From Squalus acanthias (Eukaryota), in contig CM059434.1 of NCBI GenBank assembly GCA_030390025.1, forward strand, positions 45,446,001 through 45,510,000: DNA of 64,000 nucleotides. The letters run 5' to 3'. The translations under genes were made by a program, and so were the position numbers. Below, in pieces: positions 14,215 through 29,200 of the stretch. Within the stretch, counting starts at the first letter, position 1; every line of letters starts with the position of its first letter. The notes below the pieces were generated by a model, which saw nothing but the letters and a program-made list of their open reading frames with translations, ran no database searches and was not told the origin of the DNA.

Positions 14215-17200
14215 GTAAAGTACTGATCTAAGTTCTCTTTTAGTTTTAGTACGATGACAAAATGCAGGTGGATAACAAAAGTGTTTTAAGAGATTTTGCT
14301 TCTGTTACAGTCAACATTTACAAATGTAAGGATGATCGGATTAATAGCAAAGTCTGCTCACTATTGCATAGAAAAGTTACAAATCAACATTAGCAGAATT
14401 TTAATAGGTGCAGCTTCTAAACTGTTGATTATGTGTAATTATTTAAGCTCATTCATTATTTGTAAGCTTGCCGTTACTATGAGCCTTGCAGAAAGGATAT
14501 TTACCATGACATATATTTAATTTCATATTGTAAATAACAGCGTCTCTGCTACTGTCAGTTAAATAATCAGGTGTAAGACCAGCTGGTCGTGAATACACCT
14601 GATTTTTTTTCTGGCAGAGTTACACCTGGAATCCTATCTGCTTTTTATCCTTTTTAAATGATTTCAGTTTTAAACTTTAAAATCTTCTTAAGTGCTGGGA
14701 AAATAAAACATAATGTTTCACTTTTTGTATGATGAAATAAAACAGAGTACGTGTGTGGTGGGCTTTAAATGGTGTCTCCGCTGCTGCCCTTTGCCAGAGT
14801 AAGCTATGTGAAGCTGGCTGTTGAGCTCGAACAATCATTTTGAGTTTGAAGCTGCATTCACACACCAATGTTAGTGTTGCAATAAACTCAGTTTTTGATG
14901 TTTTATTTCCGTCTAATGAAATAAACAATCTCCAACAGCTTTAGATTGCAGTTTGGTGGTGGCAGTATATGTTGGTTCTGGAATGAACTTTGGAGCAATT
15001 CGCTCCTAGTTTTCTTATTGCAGTGTGATTGTGACATTACTTAAATGCTTCCAGGTTGTTTCAGGTCTAAGGTGTCAGCAAAAGAAGGTTGGGCAGGCTA
15101 CCTTTCAGGGTGTAAGTAAAGGGGCAATGGAGACTGATCAAAAGGAATGTCATCAGAAAACAACAGGAGAAGCAAAAGAAGGTCGGGGAAAGTGGGGGGA
15201 GAGAGATGAATTTAAACCCGTTCAGTGTTGGAGGCACATTATAGATCAGCACTTGCAATAAAGGAACAATCGGGAAGAAATGAGGAGAGCAAAGGTAGCT
15301 CGAAACATGCTGATGAGAAGCATGAAGAGTTGCCTTGGGTGAATAAAGGTAGAAAGGACACAAACTAAAAATTTTAATATAATGTGAATTTCATTTTACA
15401 CTTGTCCATGTTCATGGAAACTCCCAAGAAGATTCTGGTCAGTTTGCCAAAAGTCTTATTTGATTACAAAGATTAGGAATAATAGTGAAAGTAAAAATAA
15501 AGGGCTAGAAATTCCATAGCACCTCGTTTGGGGCGATAACTTTTGAAATCTCAGAAAAGTATCATCAGGCTCCAAGAGGGAAGTGGAGCGCTAAATCAAG
15601 CGCTAACCACTTCTCTTAGGGCGCGAAAGTGCGAGAGCGGGGCGATAGCGGCAGAGCGCTGAACAATGTGGAGTGAAAAGATACCGGCATCTGAGGCTGC
15701 TTCTCTCATAAACATAAGGAACATAAGGATTAGGAGCAGGAATAGGCCACTTGACCCCTCAAGCCTGCTGCGCCATTCAATAAGATCATGGCTGATCTTG
15801 GGCTCAAAGCCACTTCCCTGCCCGCTCCCCATAACCCTTCACTCCCTTATCTTGCAAAAATCTGTCTATCTCCACCTTAAATGTATTTCATGACCTAACC
15901 TCCACAGCTCTCTGTGGCAGAGATCTCCACAGATTTACGACCCTCTGAGAGAAGAAATACCTCCACATCTCAGTTCTAAAAGGGTGACCCTTTATTCTGA
16001 AACTATGCCCCCGAGTTCTAGATTTCCCCATGAGGGGAAACATCCTTTCTGCATCTACCTTGTCGAGCCCCCTCAGTTTTATATGTTTCAATAAGATCAC
16101 CTCTCATTCTTCTAAATTCCAATGATTATAGGCCCAACCTGCTCAACCTTTCCTCAAAAGTCACCCCCCTCATCTCCGGAATTAACCTAGTGAATCGTCT
16201 CTGAACTGCCTCCAATGCAAGTATATCTTTCCTTAAATAAGGAGACCAAAACTGTACGCAGTACTCAAGGTGTGGTCTCATCAATACCCTGTACAGTTGT
16301 AACAGGAATATACTCTTTTATACTCCAACCCCCTTGAAATAAAGGCCAACATTCCATTTGCCTTTTTGATTACTTGCTGTACCTGCATGCTAACTTTTTG
16401 TGTTTCATGCACAAGGACCCCCAGGTCCCTCTGAACTGTAGCATTTTGTAATCTCTCTCCATTTAAATAATAATTTGCTTTTTTATTTTTCCTGCCAAAG
16501 TGGATAACCTCGCACTTTCCCACATTATACTCCATCTGCCAAATGTTTGCCCACTCACTTAGCCTGTCTATATCCCTTTGCAGATTCTTTGAGTCCTCTG
16601 CACAACTTGCTTTCCCATCCATCTTTGTATCATCTGCAAACTTGGCTACATTACACTCAGTCCCTTCATCCAAGTCATTAATGTAGATTGTAAATAGTTG
16701 AGACCCCAGCACCGATCCCTGTGGCACCCCACTAGTTCTGATGAAAGGTCATCGACCTGAAACGTTAACTCTCTTTCTCTCTCCACGGATGCTGCCTGGC
16801 CTGCTGAGTTTTTCCAGCGTTTTCTGTTGTTATTTCGGATTTCCAGCATCCGCAGTATTTTGCTATCCACTAGTTACTGTTTGCCAACCGGAAAATTACC
16901 CATTTATCCTGACTCTCTGCTTTCTGTTAGTTAGCCAATTCTCTATCCATGCTAATATATTACCCCAACTCAATGAGCTCTTATCTTATGCAGTAACCTT
17001 TTATGTGGCACCTTATCGAATGCCTTCTGGAAATCCAAATACACCACATTCACTGGTTCACCTTTGTCCAGCCTGCTCGTTACATCCTCAAAGAGCTCCA
17101 GCAAATTTGTTAAACATGATTTCCCTTTCATAAAACCATGCTGACTCTGCTTGACTGCATTATGATTTTCCAAATGCCCTGCTACTGCTTCCTTAATGAA

Positions 17201-20200
17201 GGACTCCAGCATTTTCCCAACGACAGATGTTAGGCTAACTGGTCTATAGTTTCCTGCTTTCTGTCTCCCTCCTTTCTTAAATAGGGGTGTTACATTTGCG
17301 TTTTTCCAATCCGCTGGGACCTCTCCCGAGTCCAGGGAATTTTGGTATATTGAAACCAATGCATCCACTATCTCTGCAGCCGCTTCTTTTAAGACCCTGG
17401 GATGCAGGCCATCTGGTCCAGGGGACTTGTCGTCTTTTAGTTCCATTATTTTACCAAGTACTATTTCCTTAGTGATAGTGGTTGTCTTTAGTTACCCCCT
17501 CCCTGTGTCCCTTTGATTATCCATTATTGGGATGTTAGTGTCTTCTACTGTGAAGACAGATACAAAATATTTGTTCAGAGTCTCTGCCATTTCCCCGTTC
17601 CCCATTATTAATTCCCCAGTCGCATCCTCTAAGGAACCAATGTTTACTTTAGCTACTCTCTTCCTTTTTATATACCTGTAGAAGCTCTTACTATCTGTTT
17701 TAATATTCCTTGCCAGTTTACTCTCATAATTCATCTTCTCTCTCTTTATTATTTTTTTAGACATCCTTTGCTGGTTTTAAAAAATTTCCCAATCCTCTGG
17801 TCTCCCACCAATCTTGGCAACATTGTATGCCTTCATTTTCAATTTGATACCATCCTTTACTTCCTTAGTTAGCCACGGATGGTGCTCCCTTCTCTTAAAA
17901 TATTTCTTTCTCACTGGTGCACCATCATTGGCCCTTCCCTTTCTCGCTTAAAGGGAAGGGCCAATGATGGTGCACAACATACTTCTGCTCAGTTCTGTGT
18001 TGCCAGGCGACCTTTGCGACTGCCATTACAGCCCCAAACACTCTGAGAGTTGAGGGCTTGGACATGTCACTGCAATAAAGCATCGAAAACTTTCAGTAGG
18101 CACAGACTGGTGCAAAGAATAAAGTTCGGCCTACCTGAAAACCACTGCCTTTAATTAGCGCTCCCCAAGCAGCCAGCCGAGGTGACAACGCCTCCTCTTC
18201 CTGCTGTTGTTCACGGCTGGCGATACAGCAGGGGCGGGAGGCAATTTCACATCTGGGGCGTTAACAGGGCGCTGCGCACTTTATGATGTCACGATCTGTG
18301 AGGTGCGAGAGGGCGAGGCGCTAAATCGGCAGGGAAATTCGCGGGTGTCGCAGAATTCGCTGCGCCCGATCGCTAACCCCGTAGCGCCCTGTTACCTGCC
18401 CCCCCCAGGCGCTAACGGGAGGTGCAAAGCAGCCGAATTTCTCCCCCTAAGTAATTTACTAAACATTATGGCCACGTCAGAATCTACAGGTATTAAAAAC
18501 GTGTCAAATTGCATCTTCAGTGTCAGATAAAATCAAAGTTTTTACTTCTATGTATTGCTTCTCTTTTCAATTTCTCGAAGCATTACTGAAATAATTTATT
18601 TTAATTTTCAGTACTGTGTAAACATGAAATGGAGGCAGTAAGATAGCATGCCATTTACAGCGAGTTTTTATCAAGAGAGCAATTTGTTATTGTTACAGCC
18701 GCTTGCTTCATCTAAAATTGGTTAATTTTTATTAGTTCACAATTGGCTAACTTTCAAGATAATCAGAGTAATGAGTAAGTTTTCGACTGTACTGTTTATC
18801 ATATCTTACCTGAGTTATTTTACAATTGCTCTAATTTTCTACTACAATGTCAGTTCAGTGCAATGCCCTAACTTGGCCATGTCTAGCCTGTGGCCTGCAG
18901 GCCAAATCCAGCCCATGATCTGACAACCATGGATGTCGAATGTTTGGTTTGTCCAACTGGTAGAACCAGCTGATCTGCTGGTGGGTACATGGAAATTAAA
19001 AAGAATTACTCAGACAGTGCTGTGAATTTTTGTCAGCAGGAGCACTGCCAGATTGTAAGATTTTTTGATTATTTGGCCTAAGGATGTCGAGTAGATTTGC
19101 ATGCTATTAAGTTAAATTCAACACACAAGGGATTAACGCGACACAAACTTCAGGGAGTGTGGATTAAGTTCAGACGGAGTATCTGTTCAGAATGGTGTTT
19201 CGTGCTTAGTGCAACAGTTTGAGGCAAGGAGGTTTGTTAATATGTTCCAGTGACATTCACACACAACTATGCTGGAATAGTCATATCTAACTGAGCCCAG
19301 CAGGGGCGGGAGGAGGTTAGCTCCAAGGAGAACCTACACCTAGAAGGGCAGTAGCAAGTTTGATCAGAGGTTAGGTTTTAGGCTCCCTGTCTAGTTGGAT
19401 CTCAGACAGTCTGCAGACATTTGGAGTAGAAACAGTCACAGAGGAAGAGCTCTCTATTCCTAAGGTTAGAAATGACTAGTTTCAGAGATTTGTTGGTGTG
19501 TAAAGTGAATTGAGCCCAGTAACAGAGGTAGTGTCTCAGGCTAAAGCAGACTGTTTGCAACCTTGGCATCCTATTTGTCCTCAAGCTGAGCTCCCAACCT
19601 CATAAGCTCTCCATCAGATAGATCGCCTACTTCTACCTCCATAACATAACCCACCTCCAGCCAAAACTCAACCAGTCTGCCTTTGTCACCTCCAGATTCG
19701 ACTAATGCTGTTTGGGCCTCACCCCATTGTCCACCGTCCCTAAATTTCAACTCATCCAAAACTCTGCTGCCCTCATCCTAACCTATACCAAGTCCTATTT
19801 ATCCAGCACCCCTGTCCTTGCTGACCTGCATTTGCTCCTGGTCTCCCAATGCTTCAAATTTAAAATTGTTATCTTTGTGTTTAAATCCTTCATGGCCTTG
19901 TCCCTCCCTATTTCTTTAACCTGCTCCAGCCTTACAACCCTCCAACTCTGGCCTCTTGTGCATCTCACTCCCTTTGCCCCTCCATTGGCCGTTGTGCCTT
20001 CATCCTACATTCTGGAATTCCCTCCCTAAACCTCTCTGCCTCTCCACTTCCCCATCACCTTTAAGATCTTCCTTATACCGTACCTCTTTGACCAAGATTT
20101 TGGTAATATCCCTCCTTTGGCTCAGCATCCATTTTTCCTCATTACACTTCTTTGAAGTGCCTCGGGACATTTTTCTCTGTTAAAGGTGCTATATAAATGC

Positions 20201-23200
20201 AAGTTGTTGTTGTTGTTTAATTTTCCCCTAACCTTACAACTCCTCACAAACTCTCCACTCCTCTGAGGTAGAATTTTTATTTGTGGTGTGTGGGAAGCGA
20301 ATATTTGGAGCAACAGGCAGAATTTCGATAACCAGGGTACCCTGATTTTCAGATACTACTGTGAAGTTGTTTATTGAACAAATCAGGTCCAGGAAATGCT
20401 GTGTGTCCTTTGCTATGTGTCCTCCCCCCACCAATAAAATTGATCCATTGCAGCATCCTCCATTGGAGTGAGAGTTTGCAACATAGCTTATCCTTTCCCG
20501 GTTCCTTCAGTCTCCCTTCTGTTTTGTGCAAGCTTGTCCTGTAAGAAGAGTGGGAGTGGGTTCGTGTGAATAATGTCTGAGGCAGCTTGGCATCAGATGC
20601 ATGCTGAGAGGAAGAAGCAGCAAGTGTGTGCAAGAGGGGAGAGTTGTTGAAAGAAAGTGTATACAATGTGAAGTATCACAGAGCTAAACAGAAATGTGAA
20701 CTTTACCCTAGTCGAAACAAAATAAAAGCAGAATGTTGTTTCTTCCTGCTTTTGAAGGCGGCAGCAGGTGTTTAGTCTGTGTACAAAGAAGTAGGTGTAG
20801 TAAAGTGTTCCATTGTGATTGAAGGAGAGGCATGTGTAGTGGGAGAGAGAAGGGTTGGCAGTGTTGGGGAAAAATGTGGTATTCCAGGGCTGTATTCAGA
20901 GTAAGAGAGATGTGAAGAGGAGTCTTACTCCTGCTATCCTGGTAAGATCATTACATTTTTTCCGACTCTACAGCCAGGTTCTGGGAATGACGTTGCTAGT
21001 ATTGACCTGCTCAGCCATTTCTCTCCACACCTGCTGACTTATTTGGCATGGCATCCATCAATCATCTGAAGGAAAAGGACCTCTTTCCTGGACCTGATTT
21101 GTTCAATAAGCACCTTCGTGGCAGTATCTGAAAATCAGGGTACCCTGGCTGTTGAAATTCTGCCTGTTGCTCCAAATATTTGCTTCCAACACACCACAAA
21201 TAAAAACTCTACATTCCCTTTTAAAAGGCTCAGGTTAACTTTGAGAAGCAGCTGGCCTGTTAGATATCCTGTGCTCCAAAACAGCGAGGTGCCTGTAAGC
21301 TGCAGGATTCGTGCTGGCACTTTGCCAATCAAGTTTGAATAAGGCCTTACTCCTAAATGGATTGGACATCCCACCGACATCACTGGGCAGGTATAGCGAT
21401 TGTCCCGCCCATCTGATGTACGGCACAGACGTAAATCAACCCCGTGCTTTCTGCTTACTTTTTGGGGGGGAAACAGCCTCATGAGTTGCTGGAACTTATG
21501 TTGATATAGCTCCCTTCCCATTAACGTCCATGAGAAAGAGGCCCTATTCATTGTACTTTTTTTGCTGTTGCTGGTTTAAAGAAGTGTCTGAAGAGAGAAC
21601 TACTGTCAGTTTTCAATCATTAGTTCCTGTATATAGCACACATGCTGATCAGCTCTGACCTCTGAAGATCTTGTAGTGAAAGTTCTAGATATTCTATAAT
21701 AATTACATTAAAAGTAAACATGGCACAGATAGGTAAGTTGCTGTTTTAAACTTAGAAGTAATATACAAATGTGTCTTGTGCACAAAGCTGTACAGTATTA
21801 TTGTGGCATTATATCTTGTTAGATGGTTTCACAACTCTTGCATTTTTTTTAAAGATACCATAGATCTGGAGATATTTCAAAGCCCACTGAAAGTATTAGT
21901 AAATGAAAATGTTCACCTGAAATGCAAGGTAACTGGCTATGTTGGTGACAACATCGACCTAAGAAAGGTAGGAGTCCAATGGTTCCTTGAACAAACAGAA
22001 GTGTATTCATTGATTGGAAGAGATCATAAGCAAACGCGACCTGGAGCATACATTTCTGAGAGTGATTTACTAAAGGGAGATGCTTCACTTCATCTTCCAA
22101 AAGTACAGTTAGCAGATGAAGGAAGATACACTTGCAGTGTGTTCATAATCCCTGAAAACGCAAAACAGAGTTCAACAATTCAGGTATCAGGTAAGGATCG
22201 TAAAAACCACATGTGTGATATCTTCGTGTTAAATGATGTCAGAAAGTGCATGAGTCTATGGATAATGATTATTTCCTCAGAGTTGCTCCCGCTCCACCGC
22301 TGTAACTTCGCCAGAAGCATGGCAGAAACTTTGCTTCTGCACATAAATGGTATTTCTGCCCCACTTCCTGCGAAGTTACATCGACATTACAGGGATCATG
22401 CCAGCCAGAGCCCTGTGCTGCTGACCCCCTTTGAGTATGTGGAGTAACGGGAGGGTCACCTAATTTAAATATGCCCGGCACCTGTCTGCATCGCTGGATG
22501 TATCTCGGTTGCCCACCTTCACCCTGAGGTCACATACTGTTACATAGTCAGACAGATCTGGGTTCAGGGGGTTTGTTGCCTCTGCTCCCCAGAAAGAAGA
22601 ATGAATTGTCCGATCAGCTTCCTTTATAAGGAGCTGTTAAAAAAAACTCACCTATATTTCTGAGGGCCATCAGGCTCAAGCCACATATACGACCCACAAT
22701 CAACATTCAGCACACTAGTTTCTCTCCTCTCACTGGGTGTACCTCCTCTCATTGGGTTTCCCTCCTCTCACTAGGTTGCCCTCCTCTCACTGGGTGTACC
22801 TCCTCTCACTGGGTGTACCTCCTCTCCCTGGGTGTACCTCCTCTCATTGGGTTTCCCTCCTCTCACTAGGTTGCCCTCCTCTCCTTGGGTGTACTGCCTG
22901 CTGAACCTTCTCTGACCTGTTGCTAGGGCAAGGAAGCAGAAATGACCAATGTTGGGGGTTCCCAGATGCGGTCATGAACCTGTGTATCTGGGTTCTGGTC
23001 TGATATTGCCTAAGGGAAGACCAAGAGAAATATTTAAGATACCAATTCATAAAGTTCCATTCCAAACCAAAAGTATTTTTGTTTGTTGGAAATTTCTATG
23101 GCTTGGTTTCATCACAAAGACTAATTGTATTCAGACTTGAAAGGCTTCATGTGAGAACGTAGAAAGGGAAAAAAAGGTATTTTGATCACATCTAAGATCT

Positions 23201-26200
23201 ACATTTTATGAAATAACAACAGAAAACGCTGGAAAAACTCAGCAGGCCAGGCAGCATCCGTGGAGAGAGAAAGAGAGTTAACGTTTCAGGTCGATGACCT
23301 TTCATCAGAACTGGGAAGAGCCGGAAATCAAATAGATTTAAGGCCAGGGTAAAGCTGGGAAAAGGGGGAGGGGATAAAGGAACAAAGGTGGAGATGAAGA
23401 GACATTAAGAGACATTAAGAGATATGCAAGGCTAGAGGTGGTAATGTGACAGATTAAGGCTGAATGAAGTGTGAAATCCACTGGCAGAATGAAGGACAGC
23501 TGCCAGCTTCTAGGAGGAAAAAAAAGGTGGGGGGGGACAAATAGAAGGGTGGATAAAATAAAATATAAATGTGATTGGAGCTGAGGTTATGATCTAAAAT
23601 TGTTGAACTCGATATTGAGTCCAGAGGGCTGTAGCGTGCCTAAACGAAAGATGAGGTGCTGTTCCTCGAGCTTACGCTGAGCTTCCGTGGAACAGTGTAA
23701 TAGGCCGAGGACGGTGAGATCAGAGTGGGAGTGAAGCGGTGAATTAAAGTGACAGGCCACCGGGAGCTCGGGGTCCCCCTTACGGACTGAACGGAGGTGT
23801 TCTGCAAAGCGGTCACCCAATCTACATTTTATGGTTTTGTAGTAGCTTATCAGTAAGATATTGCTAGCATATTGCTGGTGTATTATTAAACTATACAACC
23901 TCTACTTAAATTTACATTTGTTTTCTACACAGCTCGACCAAACATTAGCTTATCCGCACAATCCATTACAATTCCGAGTGGTGCAGAGGGCTCTGTGAGA
24001 TGTGATGTTACTGGATTTTATCCTTGGCCGCTAGACATCAGCTGGGTCAAGATATCAAGATGGAGAACAGAAAATGTTTCGTTAGATAGCTATACAAAAA
24101 AATTTGTCAGCAATAGTGATAAAACATTTAATATTTCCAGTCAACTGAGGATTCAACCAACAGAGAATGATGATGGTGTCAAGTACAGATGTGTGGTGAG
24201 GCACCCAACATTTCCTGATGGTTTCACAATAGAATCTGTACTCACTGTACAAGGTGAGTTCTATCATGAGAGGAACATAAATGTGAGGGGAGGATAGAAG
24301 AGAGGAGAGAAGGAGGGTTGAGTGAGCGGAGGGAAGGGGAGGAGAATGTGAAAGGTGGATATGTGACAGGGAAAGGGAGTGGGAAAGAAAAAGTGGGTGG
24401 TGTTGCATTAATCCTTATTCTTTTAATAACCGATTCAAAAAGCTAGAGAGAGTAATATGTCTGACAATTAACTTCATTTATTATAGTTTCAAAACATTCA
24501 TCTTACATACAGACTACATACAGAGTAGTACATGTAGTCCTATGTCTAGAAACTTGCGTGTAAAGAACTTCCTGACAATTGTGAGCGATTGTCTATCCCA
24601 GCCGTTCACGGTACCTCACCTTGAAGGTAGCTAAAGTTCCTAACATGAGTGAAGGCTTGATTCCCTCTTTATACCATGTTAAAAACAATCATACGTTGCC
24701 CAATTCTTGCTGAGTTTAACTTTGACCTTTAGGTCATCAAACAGATTGCTGAATATACAATCATATCCTGCACATGTTCTGTTACATTCTCATCTCAGCA
24801 GCCTTTGCTCCTTATATTCTCAGTGTCTTTGATCAAAAGATAAGATCCGCCAGTATACATAAGAACAAAAGAAATAAGAGCAGGAGTAGGCCATTCGGCC
24901 CATTGAGTCTGCTCCGCCATTCAATAAGATCATGGCTGATCTTCTACCTCAACTCCACTTTCCTGCACTATCCCCATATTCCTTGATTCCCTTAATATCC
25001 AAAAATCTATCAATCTCTGTCTTGAATATACTCAACGACTGAGCAACCACAGCCCTCTGGGGTAGAGAATTCCAAAGATTCACCGCCCTCTGAGTGAAGA
25101 AATTTCTCCTCATCTCAGTCCTAAATGGCCGACCCCTTATTCTGAGACTGTGACCCTCGTTCTAGACTCCCCAGCCAGGGGAAACATCCTCCCTGCATCT
25201 AACATGTCAAGCCCTGTAAGAATTTTGTTTGTTTCAAGGAGATCTCCTCCCATTCTTTAAACTCTAGAGAATATAGGCCTAGTCTACTCAATCTCTCCTC
25301 ATAGGACAATCCCCCCATCCCAGAAACCAGTCTGGTGAACCTTCGTTGCACTCCCTCTATGGCAAGTATATCCTTCCTTGGGTAAGGAGACCAAAACTGT
25401 ACATAATACTCCATGTGTGGTCTCACCAGGGCCCTATATAATTGCAGTAAGATGTCTTTACTCTTATACTCAAATCCTCTTGTAATAAAGGCCAACATAC
25501 CATTTGCTTTCCTAATTGCTTGCTGTACCTGCATGTTAACTTTCAGTGATTTTTGTACAAGGACATCCAGGTCCCTCCGAACACCAACATTTCCCAATCT
25601 CTCAGCATTTAAGAAATACTCTGCTTTTCTATTTTTCCTACCAAAGTGGATAACTTCACATTTCTCCACATCATATTCCATTTGCCATATTCTTGCCCTC
25701 TCACTTAGCTTGTCTATATCCCCTTGAAGCCTCTTTGCATCCTCCTCACAACATACATTCCCACCTAGCTTTATATCATTAGCAAACTTGGATATATTAC
25801 ATTTGGTCCCCTCATCCAAAGCATTACTATAGATTGTGAATAGCTGAGGCTCAAGCACAGATACTTGCGGTACCCCACTAGTTACAGCTTGCCAACCCGA
25901 AAATGACCCATTTATTCCTACTCTCTGTTTTCTGTCCGTCAACCAATCCTTAATCCATGCTCGTATATTACCCCAATCCCATGAGCCCCAATCTTTTCAG
26001 CTTCATCCTTAACCATTTCAACATCATTCATGTGTATGTGTTGTCTATTTTCCTTCCTATATGTAGCATGTTAACTACTGTTTCCTAGGTTATTATGGTA
26101 CAGTTAATCCTCAGGTTTGCTCCTAATAATCAATTCCATTAGTTTACACACAATTAAAGTAAGGCTGATGGGCCCATAGTTGCCTGTGTCTGTTTTGTCA

Positions 26201-29200
26201 CCCTTTTTGGTTATGGGCACCTTATTAGTCTGTTTCAATCTTCTGGTAGCTTCCCAGATTCCATGGACTTCCTCATAATGATTGTTAGTGCCTTGCAAAT
26301 CTCCTCCCTAGTCTTTCACAGCACTCTGGGGTAAATATCATTTATCTCTTTTGAGTACTTCTAACATTTATAAGACTTCCATCTCATTTATACCTAAGTA
26401 ATTGATTTTACTTGGAATATCTTTGTTTGGGAAGGGCATATTGCTCCTGTCTTCCCTTGTGAATACTTGGAGGAAGTAATCATTTACAGTATTTACTTTT
26501 TATTGCTCATATTCAGTTTTGAACCCTATCGTTTGTTTTTTAAGCTCTTACTGTTGTTCTGAGGAACTGAGTGTTAACATCAAATCTGCATGAACACTGT
26601 GTTCAATATCATGGATCATTATCAGTTCTCCTTACACTTTCAGCCAATTCATTGTTATAGATTTTCAAATAGCTATTTCTTTTTATACTCTGATAATTTA
26701 CAGAATCTGGGGCCCGTTCACATGTTGTTGCAGCTATAATCTGTGTTGTGGTGCTAATATGTATAGCACTTGGCTTTGGCATTTACATTTGGAGAAACCA
26801 TCGAAACGGTAAGCTACTTCTTAATCTTATAAATAAGTGATTGAATCTGTTAATAATTTCTCTTTTTTTAGTTCATTCTTGGGTTATGGGAGTCGCTAGC
26901 AAGGCCAGCACTTATTGCCCATTCCAAGCTGCCCTTGAGAAGGTAGTCGTGAGCCTACTTCTTGAACCCCTGCAGTTCATGTGGTGAAAGTACTCCCACA
27001 ATGCTGTTGGGTAGGGTGCTCCATAATTTTTACCCAACGATGATGAAGTAACGATGATATATTTCCAAGTCATGGTGGTTTGTGACTCGGGAGGGGAACG
27101 TGGAGGCGATGCGCCTGCTGCTCTTGGCCTTCTAGGTGGTGGAGAGCATGGGTTTAGGAGGTCCTGTCGAAGTAGCCTTGGTGAGTTACTGCACTGCATC
27201 CTGTAGATAGTACATAATGCAGTCACCGTACACTGGTGATGAAGGGAATGGATGTTTAAGGTGATGAATGGCTGCTGATCAAGTGGACAGCTTTGTCCTG
27301 GATTGTGTCTAGCTTCTTGAGTGTTGTTGCAGCTGCACCCATGCAGACAAGTGGAGAGTGTTCCATAACGTTCTTGACTTCTGCTTTGTAGGTGGTAGAG
27401 AGGCTTTGGGGAGTCAGGAGGTGAGTCACTCTCTGCAGAATACCCAGCCACTGACCTCTCCATAAATTGACTAATATATAGCTGTGACAAATTGGTATAT
27501 AGTATTGAAAGAAATGGGCATGATGGTTCGAATGGCTTCCTTCTGTGCTGTATGATTCTATGAAATCCAATAGGAAATTTAAGAGATTGTGAATAACTGA
27601 GACCCAAGCATTGTTCCTTGTGGTACCCCACTAGTTAGAGCCTGCCAACCTGAAAATGACACATTTATTCCTACTCTCTGTTTTCTGTCCATTAACCGAT
27701 CCTCAATTCATGCTGATATATTACCCCCAATCCCATGAGCACTAATTTAGTTTAATAACCTCTTGTGTGGCACCTTATGGAATGCCTTCTGAAAATCCAA
27801 ATACACCACATCCACTGGTTCCCCCTTATCTATTCTGCTAGTTACAACCTCAAAAAATTCTAACAGATTCGTCAAACATGATTTTCCTTTCATAAATCCT
27901 TGTTGACTCTGCACAATCCTATTATTATTTACTAAGTGCCCTGTTACCACGTCGTTAATAATAGATTCTAGCATTTTCCCTTCTACTGATGTCGGGCTAA
28001 CTGGTCTGTAGTTCTCCATTTTCTCTCTGCCTCTCTTCTTAAATAGTGGGGTTATATTTGCTACCTTCCAATCCGCGGGAACTGTTCTCGAATCAGTGGA
28101 ATTTTGGGAAATGACAACCATCATCACTATCTCTATAGCCACCTCTTTCAAAACCCTAAGATGTAGGCCATCACGTCCAGGGGATTTAACGGCTTTCAGT
28201 CCCATTAATTTCCCCAGTACTATCTTTTTACTAATACTAATTTCTTTCAGTTCCTCATTCTCGCTAGACCCTTGGTTCTCCACTATTTCTGGGAGTTTTT
28301 TTGCGTCTTCTTCCGTGAAGACAGGCACAAAGTATTTGTTTAATTTCTCTGCCCTTATTCTCCATTATAATTTCTTCTGTCTCAACTGTAAGGGACCCAC
28401 ATTTACTTTAGCTAATCTTTTCCTTTTTACATACCTATAGAAGCTTTTACAGTCTGTTTTTATGTCTCTCGCTAGTTTACTCTCATATTCTATTTTCCCT
28501 TTCTTTATCGATTTCTTGGTTCTCCTTTGCTGAATGCTAAAATCCTCCCAATCCTCAGGCTTACTGCTCCTTTTCGCAACATTATAAGCCTCTTCCTTTG
28601 ATCTAATACTATCTTTAACTTCTCTTGTTAGCCATAGTTGGACCACTTTTCCTGTGCCTTAAACAAATGTATATTGGTTGTAAATTATGTATTAATTCTT
28701 TAAATGCGAGCCATTGCTTGTCTACTGTCATACCTTTTAATGTAGTTCCCCAATCTACCTTAGCCAACTCGCCCCTCATACCTTCATAGTTTGCTTTGTT
28801 TAGATTTAAGACCCTAGTTTCGGATTTAACTAAATCACTTTCAAACTTAATATAGAATTCTATCATATTATGGTCATTCTTCCCTAAGGGCCCCTTTACT
28901 ACAAGGTTATTAATTAACCCTTTCTCATTGCACAATGTCTAAAATAGCCTGTTCCCTAGTTGGTTCCTCAACATACTGATCTAGAAAACTATCTTGTATA
29001 CATTCTATGAATTCGTCCTCCACACTATTACTGCAAATTTTGTTTGCCCAGTCTATATGTAGATTAACGTCCCCCATGATTACTGTATTACCCTTGTTAC
29101 ATGTGCCTCTAATTTCCTGATTTATACTCTGCCCTACATTACAACTATTGTTTGGGGGCCTATAAACAACTCCCACCAATTTTTTCTGCCCCTTGCTGTT

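Larger units (their letters stand above)
15706..17915 (-). mobile_element. 5'-truncated CR1 LINE
   Basis: [32 protein letters not shown] on the - strand; tail at 15706. Confidence 0.95.
15501..18447. mobile_element. Harbinger-type non-autonomous element (TAA TSD) hosting a CR1 insertion
   Basis: taa|agggctagaaattc ... gaatttctccccc|taa. Confidence 0.6.

Noticed and set aside
21720-21732. ATGGCACAGATAG|gtaagt as alternative first exon (MAQI) in phase with IgV
   Set aside because: Good donor but encodes no signal peptide; 14166-14214 preferred. Cannot be excluded as a leaderless isoform
22723-22893. CRISPR-like array (also 57443-57591)
   Set aside because: Head-to-tail repeats without unique spacers in eukaryotic DNA
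21855-24253. Tapasin, SIRP or antigen-receptor identity for the V-C1 pair
   Set aside because: No tapasin N-terminal domain or TM lysine; no RSS or J segments seen; motifs fit B7-H6 better
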